Positions 28,793 to 38,683 of a stretch of 64,000 bases of DNA are shown one piece after another. The translations under genes and the position numbers were made by a program. The notes beneath the pieces are model-generated. The model saw nothing but the letters and a program-made list of their open reading frames with translations. It was not told the DNA's origin and ran no database searches. The DNA is from Candidatus Hermodarchaeota archaeon (GTDB lineage Archaea; Asgardarchaeota; Lokiarchaeia; Sigyniarchaeales; SOKP01). The number at the start of each line of letters is the position of its first letter. Position 1 is the stretch's first letter. The stretch is from the NCBI GenBank assembly GCA_048885525.1, contig JBHLLP010000004.1:59413-123412 (forward strand), in the 5' to 3' direction.

Positions 28793-30183
28793 TACTAAAA
28801 AACGCTAAAATTTATTCTAAAGGATTGATACGTAAAGGAATTATTCTTATCGAGAATGGTAAAATAAGGAAAATCATATTTAATCCTAAGGATAAAAGTT
28901 TAACAAAACTAATTAGGAGGAACCAAGATAAAAAGATAATAGACTGTAAAAACAAATTAATTTTACCTGGTATAATAGATATTCATTCTCACTTGCGAGA
29001 TATGGATCAAAGCGAAAAAGAAACATTTTTTACTGGAACTAAGGCGGCTGCTTTTTCAGGTATTACAACTGTTTTTAATATGCCAAATACTATCCCGCCA
29101 GCAATTACTTCTAATCAAATTAAATTATGGATGGGAAAAGCAGAAAATAATATCAATGTAGATGTTGGATTCATTGCAGGAGTCCCTGAAGATATAAATA
29201 AAATTGAGGTTGAAAATATCATTGATTTAGGTATTATAGGTTTCAAAATATATACTCTTAATTCTATTAATGAAATTGATTGGAAAGATCCTAAGAATAT
29301 CCTAGCAATTCTAGATATCTCTTCTAAATATCAAATTCCAATTTTTATACATGCTTCATATCCATTATCTGATAAAGAAAAAGAACAAATTAGAAAAGAA
29401 TTTAATTCAAGTTTAGGGAATGTTTTAGAATATCACAATAAGTTTGATCCTGTTAAAGCAGAGGAAAAATATGTAAAACTTGTTATTAAACATTATAAAG
29501 AATATATTAACGTTAATCATTTAAATCCTAGACGTTATCCGAGAATTCATTTTTGTCATATAAGTTGTATTGAAAGTTATCTAGCAATCAAAAGAGAACA
29601 GACTTCAAATGAAGATTTTAAAATTACATTTGAAGTTACTCCACACCATCTACTTTTATCTAATAAAAAAATTTTAAGTAATGAGAATTATGGTAAAGTT
29701 TTGCCTCCTTTAAGAGGAGAAGAGCATTCGAACTTTCTATTTAATGAATTAAAGGAGGGGTATATAAAATTAATAGGAACGGATCACGCACCCCATACCC
29801 GAGAAGAAAAATCTCAAGATTATTTCAATGCACCTTCAGGATTCCCCGGTTTTGAAACATATCCCTTATTAATGCTAAATAAAGTATTTAACTACGAACT
29901 TTCTCTAGAAAGATTTGTTGAGATAACTTCAGAAAATCCTGCTAAAATCTTTAATCTAAAGAAAAAAGGTTTTATTAGAGAAGGATATGATGCTGACTTA
30001 TTAATCGTTGATAAAGTTCCAGAATTTACGATTAATTCTCAAAATTTTAAAACAAAAGCAAAGTTTACTCCATTTGAGAATTTTAAAACAAATGTTCAAA
30101 TATGGAAAGTTTTTTTAAGAGGAATTGAAGTCAATACTGAAGATTCTATTCCATTTGGTAGAATTATCAAAGAAATGATATAA
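28789..30183 (+). CDS. pyrC: Dihydroorotase (amidohydrolase family)
   Basis: PG.IDIHSHLR, MPNT.P, HFCHIS, EVTPHHL, K..PPLR, GTDHAPH. Confidence 0.88.
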   Translation: MILKNAKIYSKGLIRKGIILIENGKIRKIIFNPKDKSLTKLIRRNQDKKIIDCKNKLILPGIIDIHSHLRDMDQSEKETFFTGTKAAAFSGITTVFNMPNTIPPAITSNQIKLWMGKAENNINVDVGFIAGVPEDINKIEVENIIDLGIIGFKIYTLNSINEIDWKDPKNILAILDISSKYQIPIFIHASYPLSDKEKEQIRKEFNSSLGNVLEYHNKFDPVKAEEKYVKLVIKHYKEYINVNHLNPRRYPRIHFCHISCIESYLAIKREQTSNEDFKITFEVTPHHLLLSNKKILSNENYGKVLPPLRGEEHSNFLFNELKEGYIKLIGTDHAPHTREEKSQDYFNAPSGFPGFETYPLLMLNKVFNYELSLERFVEITSENPAKIFNLKKKGFIREGYDADLLIVDKVPEFTINSQNFKTKAKFTPFENFKTNVQIWKVFLRGIEVNTEDSIPFGRIIKEMI

Positions 30184-30242
30184 AATATAAATGTTTGAAC
30201 AGTATAATAATACATAAAATAGTAAGTTATAGGATCTTTATA

Positions 30243-30875
30243 ATGCCTGAAAAAGAAGAATTTAGCTTAGAACAAGGTAGAATGTTAATAAAATTTGCAC
30301 GCGATAATATAGAATTCTTTTTAAAAAATAATCGACGTATTCCTATTCCAGATGTTTTAAAAGAAAAATTCTCGGATAAGTATGGTGCTTTTGTTACCCT
30401 AAATAAATATAATGTATTTGGCAACCCTCTAAGGGGTTGTATTGGTTATATTGAACCCACTTACTCACTATACGAGGTAATCCACAGAGTATCAATAAGT
30501 TCAGCAGTTGAAGATCCACGATTCCCTTCAGTATCTTTGGATGAGATGGATAATATTGTAATTGAGTTATCTATATTAACTCCTCCCGAATTGCTTAAAG
30601 TAAATGATCCAAAAGAATATCTTGATAAAATTGTTATTGGAAGAGATGGACTCATAGCTGAAAAAGGTATGAGAAGAGGGCTACTCCTTCCTCAAGTACC
30701 TGTGGAACATGAGAGAAATTGGGATGTTGAAACATTTCTCTCTCAAACATGCTCTAAAGCTTGGCTTGATAGTAACGCATGGAAAGAAAAAAGTACTAAA
30801 ATATATTCTTTTCAAGCGATTCTCTTTGAGGAAAAAGAACCTCGTGGTGAAGTAAAACGTAAATATCTGAATTAA
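30243..30875 (+). CDS. AMMECR1-domain protein
   Basis: FVTL...LRGCIG, DPRF, ELSILT, GLLLPQV; ATG at 30243 preferred to TTG at 30195. Confidence 0.92.
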   Translation: MPEKEEFSLEQGRMLIKFARDNIEFFLKNNRRIPIPDVLKEKFSDKYGAFVTLNKYNVFGNPLRGCIGYIEPTYSLYEVIHRVSISSAVEDPRFPSVSLDEMDNIVIELSILTPPELLKVNDPKEYLDKIVIGRDGLIAEKGMRRGLLLPQVPVEHERNWDVETFLSQTCSKAWLDSNAWKEKSTKIYSFQAILFEEKEPRGEVKRKYLN

Positions 30876-30955
30876 AAGATATATTTTACTTAAATATCTT
30901 ATTGTATTGTTTTATGAATTTAAAAATTAAAAAAATAATAGAGAAACAATTATAT

Positions 30956-32461
30956 ATGGGAAGCTCTGATAAAATACTCTCGATTGATATATCTTCAAAC
31001 AATGTTAAAGTAGGGATTGTTTCTGATAAATTGGAGTTAGAATCTGTTTTAATTCAAAAATATGATGTTATTGATGAAGATATTGATGGCTTTGCAAAAC
31101 GATTTGATATGGATGATATGTGGAAAAAAGTTAGATTAGGGATACAGAAAGTAATAAAAAAAAATAAACCTAAAAATATCCTTGGCATATCTTCATGCGG
31201 CCAAAGAATGGCTACAGTTTTTTTAAATAAAAAGGGAAAAGAGATTTATGGTGGACCTAATACTGATATGAGAGGTATTGATTCCGCTTATCTTATTGAA
31301 GATGAATTTTCTGATGAAGATTTATTCAAGATAACTGCACATAGCCCATTCTTAATGTTTACATTAGCTCGCTTGTTATGGTTCAAAGAGGAGAAAGAAG
31401 ATCAATATAACGATATTGGAAAATTGTTAATGCTTGATGATTGGCTTGTTTATAAATTTACCGGAGAATTTTATGCAGATTATACTTCTTTAGGAGAATC
31501 TTTACTTTTTGATATTAATAAAAAAAAATGGAGTATGGAAATTATCGAAGCTTTTGACATAAATCCTGATATCCTCCCTGAAATCGTTGAATCAGGCACA
31601 CTTGTGGGAGAATTAAAAATGAATCTAATGAAAGAATTCGGCATAAACCAACATTCACTTCCTGTTTTAAAAGGATGTGGTGATACACAAGCTAATTTAT
31701 TAGGTATGGGTGCAATTGAAGATGGAAATATTGGAATTACTTTAGGAACAACAGCACCAGTTCATTTAGTTATTGATAAACCAATAATAGATCCTGAACT
31801 AAATTTTTGGACTGACTGTCATGTGATTAAGAATAAATGGTTGCTTGAAGCTAATACTGGAGGTACAGGTAGGGTTTATGATTGGTTCAAAAGTGCATTT
31901 ATTTCAGATCCAGAGAGAAATGCAAATGAAATAATGGATGATATTTTGAACAGAGTAATACCCGGTGCTGGGTCTACTTTTGCCTTTCTAGGTCCGGAAC
32001 TCATGGCGATAAAAGATCAAACATCAATCAAAAGAGGTGTTTTTATATTTCCCCCTCCTAGTATGATTGGAGAGGATTTACCTAAATTACAAAACTTTGC
32101 TCGAAGTATGATTGAAGGAATTTGTTTTGGGATTCTTGAGAACTTCCAAGCTTTAAAAAAATTCACACAATCAGAAATAAAAACGTTTTGTGCCGGAGGA
32201 ATGGCTAAATCTTATGAATTTTGTAAAATTCTTGCGAATATATTAAACCAAAAAATAAATGTTTGTCAATACAAGGATTCTGCTTTTATTGGATGTGCAA
32301 TGAATACCTTGATAGGCTTAAATTTATATCAAGACTATAGGAGTATTGTTGATAATTTGATAGAATTCGAAAAATTTTCAGTTGAACTGCCCATCTCAAA
32401 TGAATATAGGAAAATATTTCGGGAGTGGAAATATTTAAAGAATAAGTTAAGTAAATTATAG
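30956..32461 (+). CDS. FGGY-family carbohydrate kinase (LsrK/xylulokinase-like), divergent
   Basis: SIDISS, QR, LARLLWFKE, GDTQ, GTT, AGG motifs; ATG at 30956 likely start. Confidence 0.82.
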   Translation: MGSSDKILSIDISSNNVKVGIVSDKLELESVLIQKYDVIDEDIDGFAKRFDMDDMWKKVRLGIQKVIKKNKPKNILGISSCGQRMATVFLNKKGKEIYGGPNTDMRGIDSAYLIEDEFSDEDLFKITAHSPFLMFTLARLLWFKEEKEDQYNDIGKLLMLDDWLVYKFTGEFYADYTSLGESLLFDINKKKWSMEIIEAFDINPDILPEIVESGTLVGELKMNLMKEFGINQHSLPVLKGCGDTQANLLGMGAIEDGNIGITLGTTAPVHLVIDKPIIDPELNFWTDCHVIKNKWLLEANTGGTGRVYDWFKSAFISDPERNANEIMDDILNRVIPGAGSTFAFLGPELMAIKDQTSIKRGVFIFPPPSMIGEDLPKLQNFARSMIEGICFGILENFQALKKFTQSEIKTFCAGGMAKSYEFCKILANILNQKINVCQYKDSAFIGCAMNTLIGLNLYQDYRSIVDNLIEFEKFSVELPISNEYRKIFREWKYLKNKLSKL

Positions 32462-32478
32462 CAATTTAATCTAAATGT

Positions 32479-33267
32479 TTATAAAGTTCTCTTCTTGATA
32501 ATAGATTCAATATTGGCTCCTTCTTTCCAATACCAGTCAAATAATTCTTTTGACCAGTTTATAAAAATCTCACTATCATCAAATAGACATTCACTATAAT
32601 CAATTTTTCCCTCTCTACTCAAAAATAGTATAGCTCCCTTATCAGTAACTAAAAGAGAGAACAAAATTTGTTTTAATATACGAATATTCTGTGAAATGTT
32701 TACCTTTTGATAAAATGCATGGCGGTCATCAAGCTTTTCGTATCCCTTTGAGGCTAACACATTTTCATCCACTAAAGCTTTTATCTTAATAGACATATTA
32801 TTAATTTTTCGCTCTACTGCTGGTAAAATTGAATCTTGAAATTGATCTGAGATTGCTAAAATAAATTTTTCTGATTTTTTAATAATCTCTGACCATAACT
32901 CTATATTTTGCATTGTGCCACTCTTAAGTCTCATAGTTTTTAAATTCCCTAATTGTAAAATTAAATTTAGAGGGAAATAGTTAATATTATGTTTATTAAA
33001 AAAAGTCTCAAACTTTAATGATACTTCAAACAGCTCTAAAATATCCATGAACATCTTGCCGATGTTAGTACTTTCATATTTATTATCCATTGTTTTTTTA
33101 ACTAAATTTTTATCGATAAGTCTTTTTAGATGACGTGAAATTTCAGAACCTCTTATATCCAATTCTTTTTCTAATTGACTATGTCTTTTTTTTCCCATAT
33201 ATAAACTTTTAAAGACTTCAAATCGACCTTCATTGGAAAATTCAAAAAATAAATCATTAATTCTCAA
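32479..33267 (-). CDS. ArsR-like winged-HTH transcriptional regulator with C-terminal (DUF1724-like) domain
   Basis: LFFE.SNE.R, EISRHLKRL, C-terminal W..ELF.WYW. Confidence 0.8.
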   Translation of the reverse strand: MRINDLFFEFSNEGRFEVFKSLYMGKKRHSQLEKELDIRGSEISRHLKRLIDKNLVKKTMDNKYESTNIGKMFMDILELFEVSLKFETFFNKHNINYFPLNLILQLGNLKTMRLKSGTMQNIELWSEIIKKSEKFILAISDQFQDSILPAVERKINNMSIKIKALVDENVLASKGYEKLDDRHAFYQKVNISQNIRILKQILFSLLVTDKGAILFLSREGKIDYSECLFDDSEIFINWSKELFDWYWKEGANIESIIKKRTL

Positions 33268-33349
33268 GTTAACTCAGCATATTTTACAATTTTAAAAATT
33301 TTATTTGAATCCTTTGATAATATATGAATTTAGATCAATTAAAAATTGT

Positions 33350-33383
33350 TTTTATCAATCAAAATTTTTTTCTATTGATAAAA
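33350..33383. promoter_or_regulatory. Candidate operator TTTTATCAAT-N14-ATTGATAAAA
   Basis: Perfect 10-bp inverted repeat in the divergent intergenic region between the regulator and the SCP2/dehydrogenase genes. Confidence 0.45.
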
Positions 33384-33493
33384 TTATTTTTAAAGAGATT
33401 ATAGGGATTCTTTATTACATTTTTATATCTTTTTATACATAACATTATAATTATTAAATCTATTTTAATCCGAAAAAATAAAAACATAAAAAA

Positions 33494-33844
33494 ATGACAG
33501 AATTCAAAGAAATTACAGATTGTTTAGAAGAAATAAAGAATCGATATATTAATGACGAAAAAATAAGAAAAAAATTAGCTAAATATGATGAGCCTATCCA
33601 AATAAAATTTTTAGATACAGATAGAAAAGTTTTACTATTAATTAATAGAGATGAAGGAATTGAAGTAAAAGATCACAGTGGAGACGACACAGCCACGGTA
33701 AAAATTGAATTTACAGGAGAAAACGTGATAATTGATCTATTTAACAAAGAATTAGGTGCTATTAAAGCCTATTCTGATGGAAAAATAAAAATAGTAGAAG
33801 GAAATATAAGAAATTTAATGAAACTTCGAAGTTTAATGTTTTAA
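33494..33844 (+). CDS. SCP2 (sterol carrier protein 2) domain lipid-binding protein
   Basis: IQIKF.D, A.V.I, DLF..EL....AY..GKIKI.EG....LMKL pattern. Confidence 0.72.
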   Translation: MTEFKEITDCLEEIKNRYINDEKIRKKLAKYDEPIQIKFLDTDRKVLLLINRDEGIEVKDHSGDDTATVKIEFTGENVIIDLFNKELGAIKAYSDGKIKIVEGNIRNLMKLRSLMF

Positions 33845-33915
33845 CTAAGTTCTTTTTATTTAATTTAATAAATAATTTATGATATAATACCTAATTATAA
33901 AAGAGAGTATAAATA

Positions 33916-35598
33916 ATGAAAACTCTAATAACAGCAAAGATTACTGACGATTGTTTAAACGAATTAGAAAAATTGATGGAAATTTCATATGAACCATGGA
34001 GAGAAACAGGAATAATTTATTTTGATGTGAATGAGCTTGTCGAAAAACTAAAGGATTATGACATTTTTATAACAGAAGCAGATGATTTAAAGAAGGAAGA
34101 TCTATTTGAAAAAACTAATATAAAACTTATTGTTTCATGTAGAGGCGATCCGTTTAATGTTAATCTAAAAGCCGCAACTAAAAAGAATATTCCAGTACTT
34201 TATACTCCACTAAGAAACGTTGACGCGGTCGCAGAATTGACTATAGGCTTGATGTTAATGTTAGCCCGAAAATTGCATATTGTTGATCGAATAATTCATT
34301 CTGATGAATTTGAAGTAATTGAATTTGAAGATTTTATTGAATATTTAAATAAATTTCAAGGAATTGAATTAAAACATAAGACAATTGGGATAATAGGTTT
34401 AGGGCAAATTGGTAGAAGAGTCGCAAATATGCTTAAATCCTTTGAAGTTGAATTTCTTATATATGATCCTTATATAGACGAAGAAATCATTAACCAGTAT
34501 GGTAAAAAAGTTGAGATTGATTATCTAATGAAAAATTCTGATTTTATAACAATACATAGTATAGCAACTGATGAAAATGAGAAACTTATTAATGAAGAGC
34601 GAATTAATATGATGAAAAAATCAGCATTTCTAATTAACACTGCAAAAGGGAGCATAGTTGATTATGATGCTTTACAAAGAGCTCTAAAAGAGGAAAAGAT
34701 AAGTGGTTCAGCTTTAGATGTTTTTCCTCTTGAACCTATTGATGAAGATAATGAATTTATTGAATTAAAAAATGCAATCATCACCCCTCATATTGGGGGA
34801 GATACAGAGGAAGTAATAAAAAGGCAATCAGTAATTTTATTACATGATATAAAAGCGTGGTTAAAGGGTGAAAGACCTAAGCATGTTATGAATCCAGAAG
34901 TATTTAAAGAAGGAGAAATAAAGACTTCCTTAAATGATGATAAGTTTTACAGATTAAAAGAGGAAATAGTAAATTTATGTAAAGAATTACTAAAAGAAAA
35001 ACACGTGATTGGTTCAGCTGGCAATGTCAGCCTAAGAGTAAAAGAACAAGGGAAACAATTTGTACTAATAACTCCTAGTAATGTTCTGTATACTGAGATG
35101 GTGCCAGAAGATATTCTTATTCTTGATATAGAAGGAAAAGTAATAGAAGGAGAGAGAAATCCTTCAGTTGAGAAAAAAATGCACTTAAGTATATATCATG
35201 AAAGAAAAGATGTGAATGCAATAATTCATGCACATAGTATTTATTCTACTATTCTTAGTACTTTAAAACTAACAATACCTCCTATTTTTGAAGAATTTGT
35301 ACCATATATAGGTGGTGAAGTTTTATGTGCAGATTATGGAGAAGCCGGTACTGAAGAATTAGCAGATGGAGTACTAGCATTCTTAGAAGAAAGAAATGCC
35401 GTTTTACTAGCAAATCATGGAAATTTATGTTGTGGTAGTCATTTAGATGGAGCTTATACTGTATTAAAATATCTTGAGAGGGGAGCAAAGATCTACTTTT
35501 TAGCTAAACTTATAAAAGAGCCAAATTTATTACCTGAAGATACAATAGACTATGAAATGGATATCTTTGATATTTTTAAAGATTCTAAAAAAATATAA
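33916..35598 (+). CDS. Fusion: D-2-hydroxyacid dehydrogenase (SerA-like) + class II aldolase (FucA-like)
   Basis: N-part RGDP.NV, AVAELT, GLGQIG, YDPY, INTAKG, LDVF..EP, TPHIGG; C-part GNVS.R, ITPS, PSVE..MH, IIHAH, LANHG. Confidence 0.9.
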   Translation: MKTLITAKITDDCLNELEKLMEISYEPWRETGIIYFDVNELVEKLKDYDIFITEADDLKKEDLFEKTNIKLIVSCRGDPFNVNLKAATKKNIPVLYTPLRNVDAVAELTIGLMLMLARKLHIVDRIIHSDEFEVIEFEDFIEYLNKFQGIELKHKTIGIIGLGQIGRRVANMLKSFEVEFLIYDPYIDEEIINQYGKKVEIDYLMKNSDFITIHSIATDENEKLINEERINMMKKSAFLINTAKGSIVDYDALQRALKEEKISGSALDVFPLEPIDEDNEFIELKNAIITPHIGGDTEEVIKRQSVILLHDIKAWLKGERPKHVMNPEVFKEGEIKTSLNDDKFYRLKEEIVNLCKELLKEKHVIGSAGNVSLRVKEQGKQFVLITPSNVLYTEMVPEDILILDIEGKVIEGERNPSVEKKMHLSIYHERKDVNAIIHAHSIYSTILSTLKLTIPPIFEEFVPYIGGEVLCADYGEAGTEELADGVLAFLEERNAVLLANHGNLCCGSHLDGAYTVLKYLERGAKIYFLAKLIKEPNLLPEDTIDYEMDIFDIFKDSKKI

Positions 35599-35628
35599 AA
35601 GATTCTGAAGTAAAAATAATCACTGTCT

Positions 35629-36348
35629 TTACTTTCTATATAGTGATTTTAATGCAATTTCGGTTGATTCTTTTGCTTGTTGTTTTGTAACCATTCCAAT
35701 TGTCACAGCACTTATATTATGATTTTTGATATATTGGAATGCTAAATCTGGTTCAATCGATCCTGCTGCTAGAGTTTTCATACCTATAAAATAATAATTC
35801 TTCGTACTATCAACAAGTTCTTCTAATTCTTTTGGATTTCCCATTAAAAACCCATTCACATTAAAGGGTATCAAAAATACTTTCACATTTAAAGAATTTT
35901 CTATACAATATTGAATCGTTGGAATTGGGTCATGCGTTGCGACACCTGGAATAATTCCATATCCAGAAATATCATCTAAAAGCTTTATCAAATTTGTTCC
36001 TTTATTATCAGAAACCATTCCATGTACGAATATTAACTTTGCTCCCTTTTCGATTAATAGGTTAACTTTGGAATCTACTCCCGGATAGGTGGAACCTGTG
36101 ATTACATAATCGGTATACTTTTCACTCATCATCTGAGCTGCTTCTAATATTTTTCCACTAGGTATCACTTGGATACCGCGTGCTCCTCTTATATAACTAG
36201 CGTCTAATATCTCAAATATTGCTTTAGGGTGGTTTAAAAATTTCCTACGCCATTCAAATGCCTTAAATCCAAATTGTCCAGCACCGATGAATGGTGAAGT
36301 TCCTACAGAAACGAGTGGAATATTTATATTATCAATCTTACAAAAAAT
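35629..36348 (-). CDS. Aldo-keto-reductase-like TIM-barrel protein (N-terminus extended to ATT at 36348)
   Basis: Frame is open upstream of the track start and encodes IPLVSVGTSPFIGAGQFG...; C-terminal GVATH.P, PFN..G..M, MKTLAAG.I.P..A. Confidence 0.65.
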   Translation of the reverse strand: MFCKIDNINIPLVSVGTSPFIGAGQFGFKAFEWRRKFLNHPKAIFEILDASYIRGARGIQVIPSGKILEAAQMMSEKYTDYVITGSTYPGVDSKVNLLIEKGAKLIFVHGMVSDNKGTNLIKLLDDISGYGIIPGVATHDPIPTIQYCIENSLNVKVFLIPFNVNGFLMGNPKELEELVDSTKNYYFIGMKTLAAGSIEPDLAFQYIKNHNISAVTIGMVTKQQAKESTEIALKSLYRK

Positions 36349-36513
36349 TTTTACCCCTTCCTTAACTTTTAGTAAAATTAATTTAAATTTTCTAGGTGAT
36401 TATTATTAACCGAATTATAAAATTTTAAGTTACAAATCATATAAATACATAAACAATATTACTCATAAAATATAATACGAATTCAAGCTTCTTACATTGA
36501 AGAGGAGATAAGG

Positions 36514-38592
36514 ATATCACAAATTAATGGGATTATCTGTAATACTTTAACTTTTTATAATCAAGAATCTCAAATTATTAAAAGTCTTAACTCACTTCTT
36601 ATCCGCCATATTCTCACAAATGAAATAGATAGTCTTTTGCTTTTTGGCAGTATGGATTATACAAGTCTTTTTTCTCCTACAGAAAAAATAAGACTAATAG
36701 AACTTGTATTGCAAATCACGGAGAAAAAAAATCCTCTTCTTGTTGGAATCTATGGTGATCAGGTTGATATTATAATAAATCAGATAGAAAATTTAGGTAA
36801 GAAATTTGAAGATCTAAAATTTATGATTACCCCTCCTACTTCTGAAAAGAAATCAATAGACTTTTTAAAATCTTATTTTGAAAATATTTTAGGCTCTCTT
36901 ACATCTAAAAATCAGATCTTTTTAATTAATAATCCTCCATTGTTCGCGGGAAATGAGATTGAACCAAAACTCCTAAAAAGCTTATTAGAATTTTCAAATC
37001 TAAAAGGATTAAATGATTCTTTTTATAATATTAAGAACTGTAAAGCCTATATTCAAAATCTAAGCAATCATTTCACTGTTATATGCGGAATGGAAGCAAA
37101 TTCCCAAACTTTTCTTCAGCTAATTCCATTGAACATGAGAAAATATAGTGGGATTCTTTCTTCTCTTAGTAATATAGGCAACATGTATTCAAAGCTATAT
37201 AATTATGCAATAGAAGACAATCTCTTGGAACTTCTGCAATTGCAAGAACAAATAAATGATATTAGAAATAAACTTTATGAAGTTAAACCTAATGAAATTA
37301 ATGAGAATATTGGATTAAAATATGCTTTTTTACATCTATATAAGGATTTAATTTCAAGAAGTAATACAGATATAAATTATATTTATGAAGAATTGCTGAC
37401 TCAAATTGATCCAATAAGTAAAGAACGAATTGAGGCTACAGTTAATTTCTTGTTAAATCATAAGCAAATCTATAAATTATACTTTCTTGGAAAAAAAGAT
37501 CTTTACCAATTTGATGAAATCATCAAAACTTTTTCAAAAATTGATGTCTTAGTTAAGCAAGGGAAGGTAAAAAAAATAAAAGGACCTTATATCGTTAATA
37601 TTAATACGCTCTATAGAGTGAACTTTGAAAACAGTCATTTAGTCTTCAGATTTCGTACAAGTCAATCTCCCCAATCTGAAGATTTAATAAAAGAGAAACT
37701 TTTGTATCCTTTTTTAGATAAAACTTTAAATCCTACTGATATTGATTTAAGCAAAAAAGTGAAAGAAATCATTGCTACTAAGACTGGATCATATATATTC
37801 AATAAAAAAAATCCCCCTATAATCCCAGTCTACAATTTGATTTATTATGATGAGACTAAGGATATTGTTCCTTATATTTTTTCTGTGCAAGAATATATTA
37901 GAGGAAAACCTTTATTTCAACTCTTCAACCGGTATATCGGTGAAGGGAAAAGTCTTTATGTGAAAAAATTTTTAGATTTATTTTATAATTTAGGTGAACA
38001 ATTAGGGCATTTGCACGAAGTAAAATTTAATTCATTTTTCAAAAACGTTAACAATATTGGTAAAAAGGAAAAAATCCTTTATTCAGAATATTTTAAAAAT
38101 GAATTAGAAGAAAGACTCCAAGAAGCAAAAAAGAATAAAATAAATTTCTGTGATGACATTAGAGACTATTATCGAGATAATTTCTCGTTAATCGAAGATG
38201 AAACTGAATTTGTTCTTTTACATAATGATTTTAAAAGCCAAAATATTGTTGTTAAAGAGGAATTAGGTACTATAAAAATTAATGGTATTGTAGATTTTGA
38301 TCAATGGTGTATTGGAAGTCGAGCTCAAGATTTTATTAAAATAGATTATTGGATTTTAAAACCTTTAAATAATACTTCATTTTATAACTCATTTTACAAA
38401 GCATATTCTTCATTTTACAAAATAGATTCAGATTTTAAGAAAAAAGTAGAATTATACAAACTACTTTGGCTTTTAAATGAATATAATTTTGAATCAGAAA
38501 TATTAAAAAAATCAGATCAAATGGATATTACTGGTATACCATCAACATCATTAAGTAATTATTTATTCGAAATTAAAGCTATAATTCGATAA
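36514..38592 (+). CDS. Fusion: degenerate DHDPS/NAL-type TIM barrel + APH/choline-kinase-like phosphotransferase (N-terminus extended to ATA at 36514)
   Basis: N-terminal GIICNTLTFY...LLLFGS...EK..L, ITPP, INNP, GLNDS; C-terminal QEYIRG, LHNDFKSQNI, IVDFD. Confidence 0.75.
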   Translation: MSQINGIICNTLTFYNQESQIIKSLNSLLIRHILTNEIDSLLLFGSMDYTSLFSPTEKIRLIELVLQITEKKNPLLVGIYGDQVDIIINQIENLGKKFEDLKFMITPPTSEKKSIDFLKSYFENILGSLTSKNQIFLINNPPLFAGNEIEPKLLKSLLEFSNLKGLNDSFYNIKNCKAYIQNLSNHFTVICGMEANSQTFLQLIPLNMRKYSGILSSLSNIGNMYSKLYNYAIEDNLLELLQLQEQINDIRNKLYEVKPNEINENIGLKYAFLHLYKDLISRSNTDINYIYEELLTQIDPISKERIEATVNFLLNHKQIYKLYFLGKKDLYQFDEIIKTFSKIDVLVKQGKVKKIKGPYIVNINTLYRVNFENSHLVFRFRTSQSPQSEDLIKEKLLYPFLDKTLNPTDIDLSKKVKEIIATKTGSYIFNKKNPPIIPVYNLIYYDETKDIVPYIFSVQEYIRGKPLFQLFNRYIGEGKSLYVKKFLDLFYNLGEQLGHLHEVKFNSFFKNVNNIGKKEKILYSEYFKNELEERLQEAKKNKINFCDDIRDYYRDNFSLIEDETEFVLLHNDFKSQNIVVKEELGTIKINGIVDFDQWCIGSRAQDFIKIDYWILKPLNNTSFYNSFYKAYSSFYKIDSDFKKKVELYKLLWLLNEYNFESEILKKSDQMDITGIPSTSLSNYLFEIKAIIR

Positions 38593-38683
38593 CCTTTTTC
38601 TTGAATTATCACTTTCCAATTAAAGAAAAAGAAATTATTTAAATCATTTTAATTTTAATTCTTTACAATAGTTTAAGAACTTC

